DNA of 64,000 nucleotides from Octopus vulgaris (lineage: Eukaryota). Made by a program: the position numbers and the translations under genes. The stretch is taken from NCBI GenBank assembly GCA_951406725.2, contig OX597814.1, positions 134,168,001 to 134,232,000 of the forward strand, in the 5' to 3' direction. Position 1 is the stretch's first letter, and every line of letters starts with the position of its first letter. A model generated the notes under the pieces. The model searched no databases and was not told where the DNA came from. It saw only the letters and a list, made by a program, of their open reading frames with translations. This document shows positions 25,527 to 39,129 of this stretch, in pieces.

Positions 25527-28071
25527 CTAGATAAGAGTCTCCGGCTCAACATGATGAATTCAGCGCTATCTTCTCCCTGATTCGCGCTGAAGTATTTAGA
25601 AATTGCAAGAAAAAAAAACTAATAGAAGATTCCTTTTGGGTAAATTTAACGATAGTGAAAAAGAATGAATACATTAATTTTCCTAATAAATATTCTCAAA
25701 TAGGTTTCGAACTTCTAAATATCATCAGAGATTTCCGTTGAAAGAGCTACCCAGGCCAGCTGAAAGAGAGCTGATTAAAGCTTATTTATTGTTTTAGTTG
25801 TTTTTTTTTTAAATTTTTGTTTTGTTTTTTTGCCTCTTGGCAGATCCTTCTGATGTTTTTAGTAAAAATAATTTGTCTTAAAAAGTGTGTTCATCTTCAG
25901 AAGAATAACACTTACAAAAAAATATCCTAAGACCTTTGCATTTGTTTTTAAAGTATTTCTGAGGGCTTCATTCGTAGGAGTTAAAAGTTACTCATTTAAA
26001 TACCGACCAAACTTGATACGGTTTCATTTTCAATTATGTCTATTTTTACGACGTCACTCAAAACGTTTTATTAATGGAACATTGTTTTATTAATAAACTG
26101 AAAATGTTTTATTAATGAAAATGTTTTATTAATGAAAATACTTTATCAATGCAAATAATTTATAAATGTAGAATAAAATGGAAATATATTTTTGATTCAA
26201 CATGATTCTCTTCAAATAAACGCGTTCAATAATGTCTTTGAAATAAGATGCAAGCAATGTAAAATGAACAGAAGCAAGAACCTGAGTTATAAAATGAACA
26301 GAGAACTTACTTTAATTAATGAACATTATGTTGACTAATTAAATTATTCTACTACATGACACTCTCATTTATTTACAATTCACTTCCTTTCTCCAATGGA
26401 CATAAACGATCTTTAAATGTGGATTCTATTCAAGTGTTAATCTCACATTATATTTTTGTTCATTCTTATTTTATGGCTTCACATTTCACTTGACATCACA
26501 GTGTTCAATTCACTTTAAACGAGATCAAAGAAAGAAGCCATCATTGGGCCAGTAAGGGAGCTTCTGTACAGTCGCTCGGTTTCCTAGAATAGATTGATTA
26601 ATGTAATCCTAGATACACGATGCCTGAAAAAAGATGGGGTTAACCTAAGTATTTTTCTATCAGTATTGACTTGGAATTAACAGCAATCCGAAATGACATC
26701 TTCCAGACTACAAATCAAATGATCGTACCTTGCTACTAGAGTCGCAATATGTTCACAACAAAAGAAGCAACACCCAATAACTTAATTCAGATAACCGCAG
26801 TAGTTCACCATTGAAAAATGTTGAGGCTCAATTCCTTTGGATGCAACTGAAAAGATCGCTTTTCAATATTCATCTCATTTTGTAGTACTGTATTTTATTA
26901 TCATTCAAAAAGCAGTTTCAATTTTATTTTATCTTATTGAAAGCATATGTTGCTGTCATGCTACCACTCTGTCATTTCCCTAGATCTTACATATCAATTT
27001 GTCTCACAATACAATTCTGTAATAATTCTACTGAAGTTCTTGTATGAAAAGAATTCTACGCTTTATTGGCTGCATTATAAACACTGTCGAAAGAACAAAA
27101 AATATAGTAACTATCATATTGTCTTCGATGAGAAAGTAACTGAACGTAGACAACAGAACATCTTCAATAAGATTATTTGTCAGCAGCACCTGCCATTTTC
27201 TTCCTTTATTAGAAAAACCCAAAAAATAAATCAGGAAACAGTAAAAAGAAAACGTTGATTGTTGGCCAATGAAAGTGGTTTCAAAATTGCTTGGAAGTTA
27301 TCACTTGAACCAATACGTATAGTTAAGAATTCATTTTCTTTCCGGGTTGAAGAAATGAGACCTGACATGACATTGTAGAGAAAAAAATTATAAAAGCAAA
27401 TTCATTCCACCAGTATAAAGAGACATGAGTATCAAGTTCAATTTGCTTTTAAGCTGGCCAACGTTTCCATCCATATAATTTAACAATCTCATGTTGAATG
27501 GCATTCGAAGTTTGTCTGTCTTATTTGTTCTCTATTGTTTTTCTGTTTATTTTGCTTTTGTTTTTCTTGCTTTTCATCTGTTTATTTCTTGTTGCTCATT
27601 TGAAGGAGTATTTTTTTCTGCTTCTCTAAAGGAAGTCGGGAATTTTTGTTAAGCTATTGGGCAAAAAATGTTATGTGGAAGCAAAATCATCTGAGAGCAG
27701 ATAATTATAGTTTCTTATGTTAGTATAATACACATATATTTTTTATAATTTGTTCATGTGGGAAGTCTCAAAGTTCATGTTTTTCGACGTAAGTGAAAGT
27801 TCTGGGTATCATGATATTGCATACAAAAGCAGAGAACTCAGAAAGCTAAAAGTAATCCCAGAAAAACTTATTTCAGCTTGAGAAGGGCATTTGGATCACA
27901 AATTTCAAATTCATTCCCTACTATTATTATAGGATGTTTGTATTTACGCAAATTAATATAATGTCTATATTTTACACAAACATAATGATAAATTTGAAGA
28001 GATTAACGCTAATGTATTATTGCCGCTTGTTTTTACCTAATCTGTAGGGGAACATAACAGAAATAGCAGCG

Positions 28072-28629
28072 AAGTACTGGGATCTTTATCTTTTGACCGG
28101 CAGATTTAGAAAATAATTTTTTGTAACTAAACACTTTCAAACTTCGTATATTGGTAGAATGTGTCATATAAAATATCTTTTACTCTTAGCGTTTTAGAGA
28201 AAAGTTTATATTTACGAAGTTATTTCGTTTTAAAGTTGTCGTATTTCGGTAATTTCAACCAATGAATGACGTGTATTCAGCTGAATAAAATTACTGCTGT
28301 TGTTTGTAAACAACAACTTCCAGCGGTGTATATTTCGTTTGTCACTGTTATTTATGACATATTTCATCTCAGTTACCTTCGTATGAATAACGAGTGTATC
28401 TGAAGCATGTTTACTTCATGGCACTACCATAATCGTTCGTGCTTCGTTTTTCATCTTTTTCCGTAACTCTAACCCTAAACTTAAAACTTTAACCCTAACC
28501 CTAACCCTAAAATCCTAAGCCTAACCCTAAAACCTTAAAGCTAAAACCAGTACAAACACACGAACGATAACATAAATAACAGTGGCAAACGAAAGATACA
28601 CCGCCGATAGTTGTTGTTGACAAGTACTG
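28072..28629. repeat. Repeat with nested inverted repeats enclosing degenerate (CCCTAA)n
   Basis: Arms 28304-28356/28571-28623 and 28432-28441/28559-28568; telomere-like repeats 28466-28545. Confidence 0.7.
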
Positions 28630-29194
28630 TATTCGTTATGTTAAGCTCAGCATTTGATTCATACTATTTTCTACTGACTCAGGAGAATTTGAAATAACTT
28701 GAGATGTTTAAAGTCAGAACATGGAAGAATGAAACCGAGTATTTTACTTTATTCTACTTAGAATAAAGGTCCTATGTTTTTAAATGACAGAGAACGACTT
28801 ACTTTCGGGGCTGGTTAATTCTTTTAAGTCATTGTTAATAAAACGTTCCTTCCGTAACTTGGTCATCGATAGAAAGCGTACCTTAACTATTACAAACCGA
28901 AGGAAAAAATCAAGTCGAAATATTTGTCTAAAGAGTGTGGTCGAAATTTATGCCGTTTTTTAAGCCTCGGTACACTCAAATTATGATTTTTTTTTTCTAA
29001 TTACTTAACTCATTTTTATAGATGAAACTTATTTCAATATTTATAATTGCAGTACTTTTCAAACTGTTTCGTCACCGATAGTTATCAGAAATTTTATTTC
29101 TGAATATGTGTAAGTGCCGTCCCGAAAATAATGCAAAAGGTCACATAACTGTTTCATTAAATGACGGAAATTGTTCAGATAGCACATGGTAGAA

Positions 29195-30190
29195 TCGTCG
29201 TCGTTGGCGTTTTATCGTGTGTCCGATAATTAATTTGGTTTCTTCTTGACCACATCTTCCCCTCTGTCCGTGTTTATGCCTCTGATGACTAATGAGGCAA
29301 ATTCTTTCATGGAAGTATCTGTTGCAAAGTCACAAGGGATCCGTGGTGGAAGCTTTGGTTTTTGCAGCCTCCATTTTCTTTCTTGTCGATTCTCTTCCTC
29401 TTTCCTCTGTCGTTCAGCTTCAAAATGATCTGTCACAGTGGAGAGGAAATTATGCCATCCGGCCTGTCCTAAGCTTCAATGTCTCAGGCTTTGCTTCAGC
29501 TGATCCTTGTATCGACGGAGGGGACGGCCACGATATCTTCTTCCAGTGGAATGTTCACCGTATAAATTTTGACGTGGCAGCCTAGTTTCTTTCATTCTTG
29601 CTACGTGGCACGCCCATCTCACACGATGTTTCAGGATGGTAACCTCGATGCTGCTGCTTTTCGTTCTCTCCAAAACGAACATCGGTTACATAGTCGTTCC
29701 ATTTAATATTCATAATAGAGCAAAGCTTCTGTTGGTAAAACAGCTCTAGTTTTTGACGTCAATTCAGTAAAGAGTCCGGGTTTCACAACCGTAGAAGAGA
29801 GTGGAGATCATGACTGCTTGGTAGACACTCAATTTTGTTTTCTGGTTCAGATCTTTGTTCTTAAAGACCCTTTTTGCGAGTCCACCAAACGTGGTATGAA
29901 CGCTTTTAATCGGTTCTCCATGATGTGCACTGATTCTATCACTGTTGATAGAGTAACTCTTATTCAATACAAAGGTATTACTCAACATAGTTTCCATCAC
30001 AAGCGATGCATTCACTTCATCGTTAAACTCAACTCTCGAATCCTCTTTGAAAAATGTCAGGAGTACTATGTTATACTCACTTTCACACGTCTGTGTCTCA
30101 TAAAATCGTTACTTCTGGTTTGATTACACTGTCCTTCATTGTACCAATAAGGTGGAAGTCAGTCGACGCCTGACCTGCGTTGTTGTTCCA
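29195..30190 (-). mobile_element. RTE-clade (BovB-like) LINE 3' fragment, decayed
   Basis: KLSVYQAVMISTLFYGCET, RVRWACHVARMKETRLPRQNLYGE, GRPLRRYKDQLKQSL; short (GAC)n tail near 29195-29205. Confidence 0.85.
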
Positions 30191-31169
30191 TGAATGGAGA
30201 AGCAGTGACCCGACCAATTTGCCGATTGCCTGATTTGTTGTCAGTGACGTGTATTTCACTTATTGCCATATTCAATGTGGATCATTTTCAGATTCTTCCT
30301 TGGTCTCTTCCTCCTAATGGCTTCTCTAAGCATTTTGAACGTCTCAGTGTACAGCTCGCTGTTCACAGTCATGTTCCAGAAAAGGCAGAACAACGACGCC
30401 CTTGCCATTCAAAACAAAAAGTTACCATGACTTTCTGTGCCGATCGCTGATTCTGTAACTTATACGTTATAGGATAGGTATGATGCTATTCCATGGACTG
30501 ATCCTTCACTTCTCGATCATAAAGATGCACCCACAGTTCATTCCCTATCACCATAATGGGAAAAAAACATATCTTCCTCGGCTTCGAATTCTTCCTGCAG
30601 ATCAGTGCAGACTTCCACATGCCTCTCCTTTAAATCGCATGTCATCTATCGACGTGTCTACTGTGCACACACTTTCCAATACCCAAAGTCTTCCAACCAT
30701 TTTCTGTAATGCATTGTGACCACACAGTCTAGTTGTCTAGCAAGCACATGGATTGGGATTCGTCTGTTCGTGCAAATCAAGTCATCCACTCCCTGATGAA
30801 TCGTATCTGTGGTCGAAGTTGATGATTCCCCATTGCATTTGTTAATCTTCTATGCTGGTTTCCCCTTTTTTTAAACTTATCAATCCGTCTGTGCACGTCG
30901 CTCTTACCAATGATAGCATCTCTGTAGCCTTCTGACGCCTGCATCCCTCCTTCATCAAAACCTTAATGATACATCCCTCCTGCATCAAAACCGTAATGAT
31001 GGTGCATTGCTTCTACTGGTAACTAATTATTTTCCTGCAGTTAATGCGAACAGGAAGAAAAACTACTATAGAGGAAGAGTTTTCTACCAGTTTGTGTCGT
31101 TTGAATGATCTATGTAAGTTAATAAAAAGTTATGCCCACATTCACATTACTTTTTGGGCGACCCTCGTA
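30190..31169 (-). mobile_element. Decayed mariner transposon, 5' part, cut off by the RTE fragment
   Basis: Minus-strand terminus TACGAGGGTCGCCCAAAAAGT; remnants FGYWKVCAQ, VIGNELWVHLYDREVKDQSME, TVNSELY...LREAIRRKRP. Confidence 0.75.
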
Positions 31170-32439
31170 CATAGTCCGGGTTGTACTTAAACTATGAACA
31201 TATATATTTCTAAATTAAGAGTAATAATATGACTGACACTAATTACTACTAATAGTATATTCAAGATCAAAGATAATTCTTAATTCAGATCGCAAATGAA
31301 ACCTTTATTGCATTTTCTTATTAAATTTCGTTCAAGAAGATAGAGGTGAACTGAATAACATTATGTCTAAACCGATTCTGTTAAGATGCGACAGCAAGAA
31401 CGTAAAATTATCTTACTATATAAGTAAACGGTAACCAGAACTCAAAAGCATTTCTCTTCTTCCATTAGTTGAATGCATTAGCTTAAATTAATTTTCAACA
31501 GTTGCAGAATCTTATGACACATGCAAGTGTTACTGTATCTTCAAAAGAGATGTTTGCCAGTCATTGACTTTCACACAGAGCAGTTAATATTTTGATCATT
31601 CAAATATTAAACCCGTTTTTCACCGCAAGTATTTAACCTATCTGTAATCACTGGCGCTTTAATTTGTTTAACAAACCAGTTTTTGTTTTGCTTTTAATTC
31701 CTCTTTCGTCATTTAATTTATTCTGTTTCACGTAGTCTTGCCGATGTATCATATTATATTTTCTCTTAAAATTTAACTTAATGGACACAATTTCCTTATA
31801 AATGTTGTGGCAGCTGTTCTAAATCGATTATTTTTTCCAGTTCTTAGTGTCGAGTTATTAAGTCTTGTGGAAGAGGGATATAATTAATTGTACTAATACA
31901 TATGACATTTATCAGTTTGACTTAGTAGTACCTAGTTATTTTGGTAATATATTTTCCATTGTTGCGTTTTGATAACGTACCAAACTTTAAAAAAACTAAT
32001 CTATAATAGTTATAACATGAATGATAATTCTGTTATATTCTGTTAAACTCAATCAGGCACTCATAATATAATTAGTTTTCATTTCTTTCTACGTGCAAAC
32101 TATGCTTGTTTCTTTTAAATTTCACTTAATCTAACGTCGAAATACAAAATATTATCTAATTTAATTTATTGTATTAGGAAAACGGGCTTAATCCTTCCCT
32201 AAAGTAATGAGGATTTAAAACATAAAGATTATGAAATACCACGCATTTTTGTCACACTTGTGAATGAAAACAAATATAACAAGTATTCATAGATTACTTA
32301 GGACCTAACGACAGACCAACAGAACGCCTACATTAAGTTTTAAATTCTTTTGAACTTACTATTACTCTCTTTACTCGATCGTCACACCTTAAAACCTTCT
32401 AATGGTTAATTCATAAACTATGAAATCTCGCCTTTCTCT

Positions 32440-32507
32440 TTTGCAAGTGAAATCCATTTGCAAGTGAAATCCATTTGCAAGTGAAATCCATTTGCAAGTG
32501 AAATCCA
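32440..32507. repeat. Perfect 17-bp minisatellite x4 (TTTGCAAGTGAAATCCA)
   Basis: Read directly from the sequence; no spacers. Confidence 0.95.
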
Positions 32508-33249
32508 TAATAACTCGTGTGGTTATTTTCTTCAACCTACTATTCTTCGAAAGAGAAAGCGAGAATCTCGTATTACATAGAATTGTTGGTGAACTTCTTG
32601 AAAACTATACTTCTATGCTGTATGTTAAACGAATGTGATGCATGCCAAGTTCATCTATTTCCAAATTCCCCATGTGATAGGGGTGGTATGAGGATATGAA
32701 CTCAATACTGTCAATGGATCTGAAGGCTTTCGTCAATTGTACAAGCTGTCCATAAAGTCTCTTTACAATTTAAAAAGTTTATTACAAAGGCAAATAATGG
32801 GATATGATTATTAGATTTGTTCTATGTACTCCATGGTTATCAAAGTTTTTAACCACATTGCATTATGTGTTTTTTTTATGTACCCTATTGATGGAAAGGG
32901 ATCCGTTAAATGAAAACCTTAAAAAAATGGCTACTCCTCAAGAAAAGGCACAATGTGTATTTTGGTTTATTGAAACAAAATCGTACATGCAGATCCAGCG
33001 AAACTACAGGATTAAGTATGGAAGACATCCACTGTCAGGTCCGTCAATTCGTGCATGGCACAAGAAATTTATGGAAACAGGAACAATGTTAGATAAAGGG
33101 AAGAGTGGCCGATCAAAATTATTTTCGGAAAACGTTGGTCATGTAAGACAAGCTTTTGCTACAGTTCTATTTTTAAGATATGAGGAATTATGTACATTAT
33201 TTAGATTATTTACATTTTACGGATATTTGTCCTTATCTTGTTTGTTGTT

Positions 33250-33295
33250 AACACAAAGTTTCGGCTGATATACCCTCCAGCCTTCATCAGATGTC
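33250..33295 (-). ncRNA. Hammerhead ribozyme, mirror copy with two substitutions
   Basis: GACAT-CTGATGA-A-GGCTG...CAGCC-GAA-ACTT-T-GTGTT. Confidence 0.7.
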
Positions 33296-33347
33296 TTGGA
33301 GAAATTTCGAACCTGGGTTCTCATTCCTAAGGTATTTTTCGATGTTG

Positions 33348-33421
<74 letters not shown>

Positions 33422-33433
33422 TAGGTCACTGCC

Positions 33434-33478
<45 letters not shown>

Positions 33479-33531
33479 GTAACATCGAAAAATACCTTAG
33501 GAATGAGAACTCAGGTTCGAAATTTCTCCAA

Positions 33532-33577
33532 GACACCTGATGAAGGCTGGAGGGTATATCAGCCGAAACGTTGTGTT
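33532..33577 (+). ncRNA. Minimal type I hammerhead ribozyme
   Basis: GACAC-CTGATGA-A-GGCTG(GAGGGTATAT)CAGCC-GAA-ACGT-T-GTGTT. Confidence 0.82.
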
Positions 33578-36500
33578 AACAACAAACAAGATGAGAACAA
33601 ATATCCGTCAAATGTAAATGAAGTTTTTGCTAGTTCTACAAAGTCCATAGGTACTGCTGCCAGACAGTTACCAAGTTCAACAGTGCACAGAGTCCTACAC
33701 AAGAGCTTGTGATTGTACGCTTACAAAGTGCTACTTTTACAGGCACTCGAACCAAATGATATACCAAGACGAAAAGAGTTTGCAGTTAACATGCTGGAAC
33801 GAATTTCTGGGGATGCAGCGTTCCTCACCCGAATTTGTTTTAGTGATGTGGCAACCTCTCATGTTTCAGGGAAACATAACACACATAATATGAGGACCTG
33901 GGGATCAGAACATCCCCATAATACCCCATGTGACTAGGGAACTTCACCGAGATAGTCCAAAAGTGAATGTCTGGTGTGGAATGATGTGCAATCGAATCAT
34001 TGGTCCATTTTCCTTCCCAGAGAGATCAATTTGTGCAAATGTTTACTTTGACCTTGTGACTGAATATGTGGTATCACAACTGGATGACCTTCAACCACTC
34101 ATCATTTTCTAGCAGGATGATGCACCACCACACTTGGAACTGCATGTCCGTGGGTTCCTAAATTAAACATTTTCAGACCGGTGGATTGGAAGGGATGGCC
34201 CAATTCCCTGGAAACATCATTCGCCGGACGTCACTCCCTGGACCCTTTTCTATGGTGTTATGTTAAAGACATTTTGAAACCGAACAAAGATACGGAACAT
34301 CAATGACCTGAAGCAAAGGGTCACTGATACCATTGCCACCATTGATAAGGCTGTGCTCCAGTGAACATGGTAAGAAATTGATTACCGTCTTGATGTGCTT
34401 CATGCTACTAATGGTGCCCATATAAAGATGTATTAAATGAAACAAAAAACTTCAATATCTACTCCTCATTTTGTAATGATTTCCATTGATTTATCTGTTT
34501 ATTTTCTTTTGTAATAATTTTTTGAAATTGTAAAGAGACTTTTTGGACACCTTGTATACTGCCCCCACCTGTTTTCAGCAATTAGTTAGCATTTACCTGT
34601 TGTCTGTTAGCAATTAGTTAGTGCTTACCTGTCGCCACAAAGATCACAGGAGCGTCAATAATAAAGTGTCCCTAACACATTCTCAATGCAGTGGCCGGAT
34701 ATAAACATACATTTCTTTTGGTATTCTGACGCCTTGTTGAGTCGGCTGAGTTTCTCTTTTCCTTCAAAAGTGTAACAAAATATTCATTACTTCTGATAAA
34801 TGTATTGTTTTTACTGAGTCTTGTGAGGCAAGAGGTACACACTGAGCAAGATTCGCATCACGGTTTCATTTCCTAGTTAAAGTCATTTCACTTCGTCTGT
34901 GTGGTTGATGCCTTTGGGACAGACATTTATGTTACAACGCCTTATACCCACTAACATGTAGCACTTTTGTAGCTCATCAACTTAAATATATTTATTGTTC
35001 CTGTAGCTAGTGCCGTGGAGTAAGAGCTAGAGTTGTAACAAGCCAAGTTCGCCATGTGGTTTCATATCCTATTGGTTGGACCCTACGAGCCCTCGATGTG
35101 TTAAGTCCATGATACGATTTCAATCCCTGATTCAAAGAATTTCATTCAAATCAATAATACTCTCCGGAAAAGATATAACTATCATGATTTCACTCTCGAA
35201 GTATATAAAGCATTCCTAAATAGTCAAAAGAGATTAACTCAGGGTCAAATTCCACAGCGTTCTATTAGTAACAAATTTAAATTACGGTTTGTTTCCCCTA
35301 CTTTTTTTAACCAGAGGTAGTCACTAAGAAAATTATTGATTCTTGTATTTATGAGTGTAATTTTAATTAATTGAAACTTCTTGGCTCATTTATTTAAGTA
35401 TGTTAGCGCTCTCTTTTTCGAACATATTTATAGCTCCCATTTTTATCATTTGTTTTGGGTGGGCATTATAGAGTGGCGTGTTTACCTGAGGCTATTGAAA
35501 AAAAGCTTTAAATTCTCAGTTTACTCTCCTCTAAACAAAGTTTTGGTGTATGTTACGACTAAGTGTTGCCATCCGATAGTGTTTTCTGCATCAAACGTCT
35601 CTGCTTTGGGATTGCGAACTTTGAGGAGATAGGGCAACCAATCTTAAGAAGATCGCTAAAACCTTTGTTTTATCATATCAATTCTGTTTCTAATAGGCAA
35701 TAAGTAACCTTTGTGCCTTTCTCAAATGAATCATCAACGTAAATAACAAGAAATGCTTTCAACCGGAGTTAAAACTATATGATGTTTTTGTTTATTATTA
35801 CCTGTTAGTAATAAAATAAATAACTAAAACATGGCGACAAAGGAGTAAACTTCCAGCAAGTTTAAACTGCAAAACTGTTTCATTTCCTGATTCACAGGGC
35901 TGTTTTCCTTTCTTCTAAAATATATCTCATCAAAAGAAAGCTCGTATCGCGTGAGGAGAATGTGGCGAAGTTCTTGAAGTTCAGTTACTACCAAGGGTAG
36001 GTTGTTTTTTATTCACTCAAGCTCTATATTCGATTGTTTGCAGTGTCACGTCCCTTTAACAGTTAACTTTGTATCTAAATAAGCTGGAAACATAGGGCAG
36101 TAAAGGCCATGTTAACCGAGTTCGCGAACAAGTTTTAATTCTCGACTCAAACTATACAACTAAATACCTCTTTATGATGGTATGAATATCCTACGACCTT
36201 ATTTTCCTCACATTATACATTTGCGACCTTGTGACTACGACATCAAAAAATAACACAGTATATGGCACTTTAATTCTGTTTAGCTGCTTACATTCTTTTC
36301 CCTTTTTAATATATATTTAAAGAGAAAAATGTGCAATGTGTCTCAGATGTTTGATGTTTTTTTTTTGCTTTTTTTTTTACTTATTTAGAATGACTTGCTA
36401 GCTTTTACCAAAAGAATCTAAAATTTCATAATTGTATAAAGATAAGGCTACTACGTGGTGTGGAGGAAGAGGTTTCGTATTGTTTTTCATCATATGTAAA

Positions 36501-37834
36501 TTACTGTGTTAGAATTATCATTGTGGCAAAACTTATAAGAACAAAAATAAATTTCAATTTTCTCTGAACAGTAGTATTTAAATACAGGACTTTCCATGTG
36601 CTGAATACTGCCGTTAAGTGTTTACTGAATGTGTTTCTTTACCCCCTTTTCTTCATTGTTGTTACTTATTGTGAATGATGTTCACCAAGTATTTCATCTC
36701 TTCTGCACTCACCATTGTCTGAAGACTTTCTCTTAAATGACTGTAGTTAATCCACAGCTGTAAATTTGTGTATAAGTCTCCGTGTACATTGTGCATGTTT
36801 AGATGTACGTACGGATATGTATGCTTTTATGTATGCATTATGCATGTATGTATGCACGTATTCGGCAAGTATGCTATTATGTTTAGAAAATTGCTTCATG
36901 TGACTTTTAGACAATATGTTAATATCTAGGTCATTTATCAAAGACAAAAAAAAATCTTAGTGAAAGATAGTATTATGACTGATGCCCTACATTTAAATTC
37001 CAAATACACTCGATTATGACTTCCATTTTATCATTTACTTTCTCTTTATAGTAACAAGTCAAAATAGGATTCTTTCTCTTTTGTTTTGATATTTCGCTCT
37101 ACAGTGCTATACGTAAATATTAACCTTAAATATGAAAGGCAACTTGAGATAAATGAGGACGGAGATACATATAAGAAATTAATATATATATATATAATTA
37201 GAATTAATATATTCCTCAAAGAATATTTAGAAAATGAAATGGCATTTGTCAATTTGTCAATGGAACGGCGAGATTGTTTCTCCAGTGGTACTTGTATTGA
37301 TTTTAGAAGTGGAATGTGACTACAAAACAAGACATTAGGCTCCTTCGTCGGCTAAGACGATGACTATTCCAGTTGTTCGAAAGACCGATCTATTAACTTT
37401 CTGAATTAGCATGTAAGTGGCTGGATATATCCCACACACGCACAAACTGAGTAATAGTGCGTGGGCCGTTTGAATTGAACGTGTCTATGCAATCTCTGTC
37501 GACCTAATATCATTTTCAGGGCTTAACTCGGCTCCAGGCTAAGATAGAAGACACCTACAAAAAATGTCGCACATTGAGATCGAACTCGTACCCTTATGAT
37601 TGCTGCGTAAATCTTTTAGCCAGTCAGCAATACATATACTATTATCAGCAGTAACACTTTATAATTGATTAATGCTTCACTACCTTCCAGCGTTATATCC
37701 AAATTCTCCCGTGGATATTGGTTAGAGGAAGTAGGAATTGACGAGGATAACTCACTCTAGATACACTACTACAATCTTTTAGTTGTACTTCAACGATGTT
37801 GGTTATGCAACTCATTCCCTCTCAGATCATCTTT

Positions 37835-38055
37835 GTATTGGCTTCAAATTTTGGCACAAGGTCAGCAATTTCGGGGGAGGAGCTAAGTCGATAACGTCGA
37901 CCCCAGTGCTCGACTGGTACTTATTTTATCGACCCCGAAAGGATGGAAAGCAAAATCGACCTTGGCGTCGTTTTTTGAAGTCAGAACATAAGGACGAACT
38001 AAATGCCGCTAAGCATTTCGCCAGGCGTGCTCACGATTCTGCCACCTCGCCGCTT
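37835..38055 (-). mobile_element. SINE with Nin-like domain
   Basis: Minus strand CATCCTTTCGGGGTCGATAAAATAAGTACCAG; related copies at 38375, 42225, 42450 and 63050. Confidence 0.75.
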
Positions 38056-38374
38056 TGATCTTTGTATTAAATGAAGATTATAATAACTAAAATATATAAT
38101 TCCAGAGAGATTTGTACTCAAGCTGGAGAGTCGGTACCCAGCGCAATTAAAAGCAAGCCAATGAGAAAGTCTCTCTGCGGTCAGTCGACCTTCTAGAAAC
38201 AACAGTCAAATCTCCATCTAATCAATTATTTCGTGTTTACAAAAAAAGGGAAGTGATAAGAAAAGATGGGTTGGTCACCACTGTAATTCCATTTCTTTAT
38301 CGTAGGTCTGCTCGATCAGACTTATGATAAAAATATTTTCCACGCCGTCCAAACCAACTATTACACGAGTCAAT

Positions 38375-38595
38375 AATCCTCTCTACTGAAGGAACAAGGC
38401 CTTGAAATTTGTGGGAGGGGACTAGTCGATTACATCAAGCCCATTGTTTTACTGGTACTTAATTTATCGACTCCGAAAGAATGAAAGGCAAAGTCGACCT
38501 CGGCGGAATTTGAGAATTCAGAACGTAGCAGCAGACGAAATACTGCTAAGCATTTCGCCCGGCGCGCTAACGACTCTGCTAGCTCACCGCCTTAC
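38375..38595 (-). mobile_element. SINE with Nin-like domain
   Basis: Minus strand GCCTTTCATTCTTTCGGAGTCGATAAATTAAGTACCAG. Confidence 0.75.
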
Positions 38596-39129
38596 TAAAA
38601 AAAAGTCGATAATGGAACTTCTAAGTAGTAGCCCGGTCTGCTAGAAATAGCAGCCAAATCTCCATAAATTTACATCCTACCGCCTAAAAGAAAAGAAGAA
38701 ACACATTATATAAGATAGCCTTAGATGTACAAAAAGACGTTTGAAATGCTCAATCAGAACAAACCTGGGGCTAAACAACACCAAAACATGGTTGATATCA
38801 GAGTAATATCAAATGCTTCAGTTTTACTCGATCAATCTTGCAGACTACTTTGGTTTAGTGTTAACAGCTTATTGAATGTTGGAACATTAAAATCAATTAG
38901 ACTTAAGTAATTTCTATTGTTATGTATTTTTTTTAATTCTGGGCTACACTTGATGACACATGATAGAATTAGTAAATAGGAAGAAATACTGTTCGATCTG
39001 TTAAAAATAAACTTTTTGATATTTACTTATAGAAATATAGTATTTCGATGAAGTTATTTGCTTCTAATAAAAATCGTTATTCAACGAGATAAAGAACCAC
39101 GGAGTTGAAAGAAATAATAATAGTAAATG

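Larger units (their letters stand above)
33162..33620. mobile_element. ORF-less fold-back insertion in the DD41D transposase, hammerhead in each arm
   Basis: ~33207-33420 is the reverse complement of ~33435-33619; centre (TTA)n-AGGTCACTGCCT-(TAA)n; TSD-like AAGCTTTTGCTA (33150-33161) / AAGTTTTTGCTA (33621-33632). Confidence 0.9.
32742..34554 (+). mobile_element. Tc1/mariner superfamily DD41D (rosa/Visitor-type) transposon, full length but inactivated
   Basis: TA flanks at 32740-32741 and 34555-34556; ~50-bp imperfect TIRs; motifs MATPQEKAQCV, ICFSD, SPKVNVWCG, QDDAPPH, WIGRDGP, SPDVTP; 41 residues counted between 2nd and 3rd D after restoring one frameshift. Confidence 0.9.

Noticed and set aside
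26947-27480. Possible host exon or ORF
   Set aside because: No recognisable domain or convincing splice structure; at most a very decayed LINE remnant.
32440-32507. CRISPR-like repeat
   Set aside because: Contiguous 17-bp units with no spacers and no cas genes, in a eukaryotic context.
36670-36725. Possible C/D box snoRNA (ATGATGT...CTGA)
   Set aside because: Imperfect C box, too short, no terminal stem and no identifiable guide.
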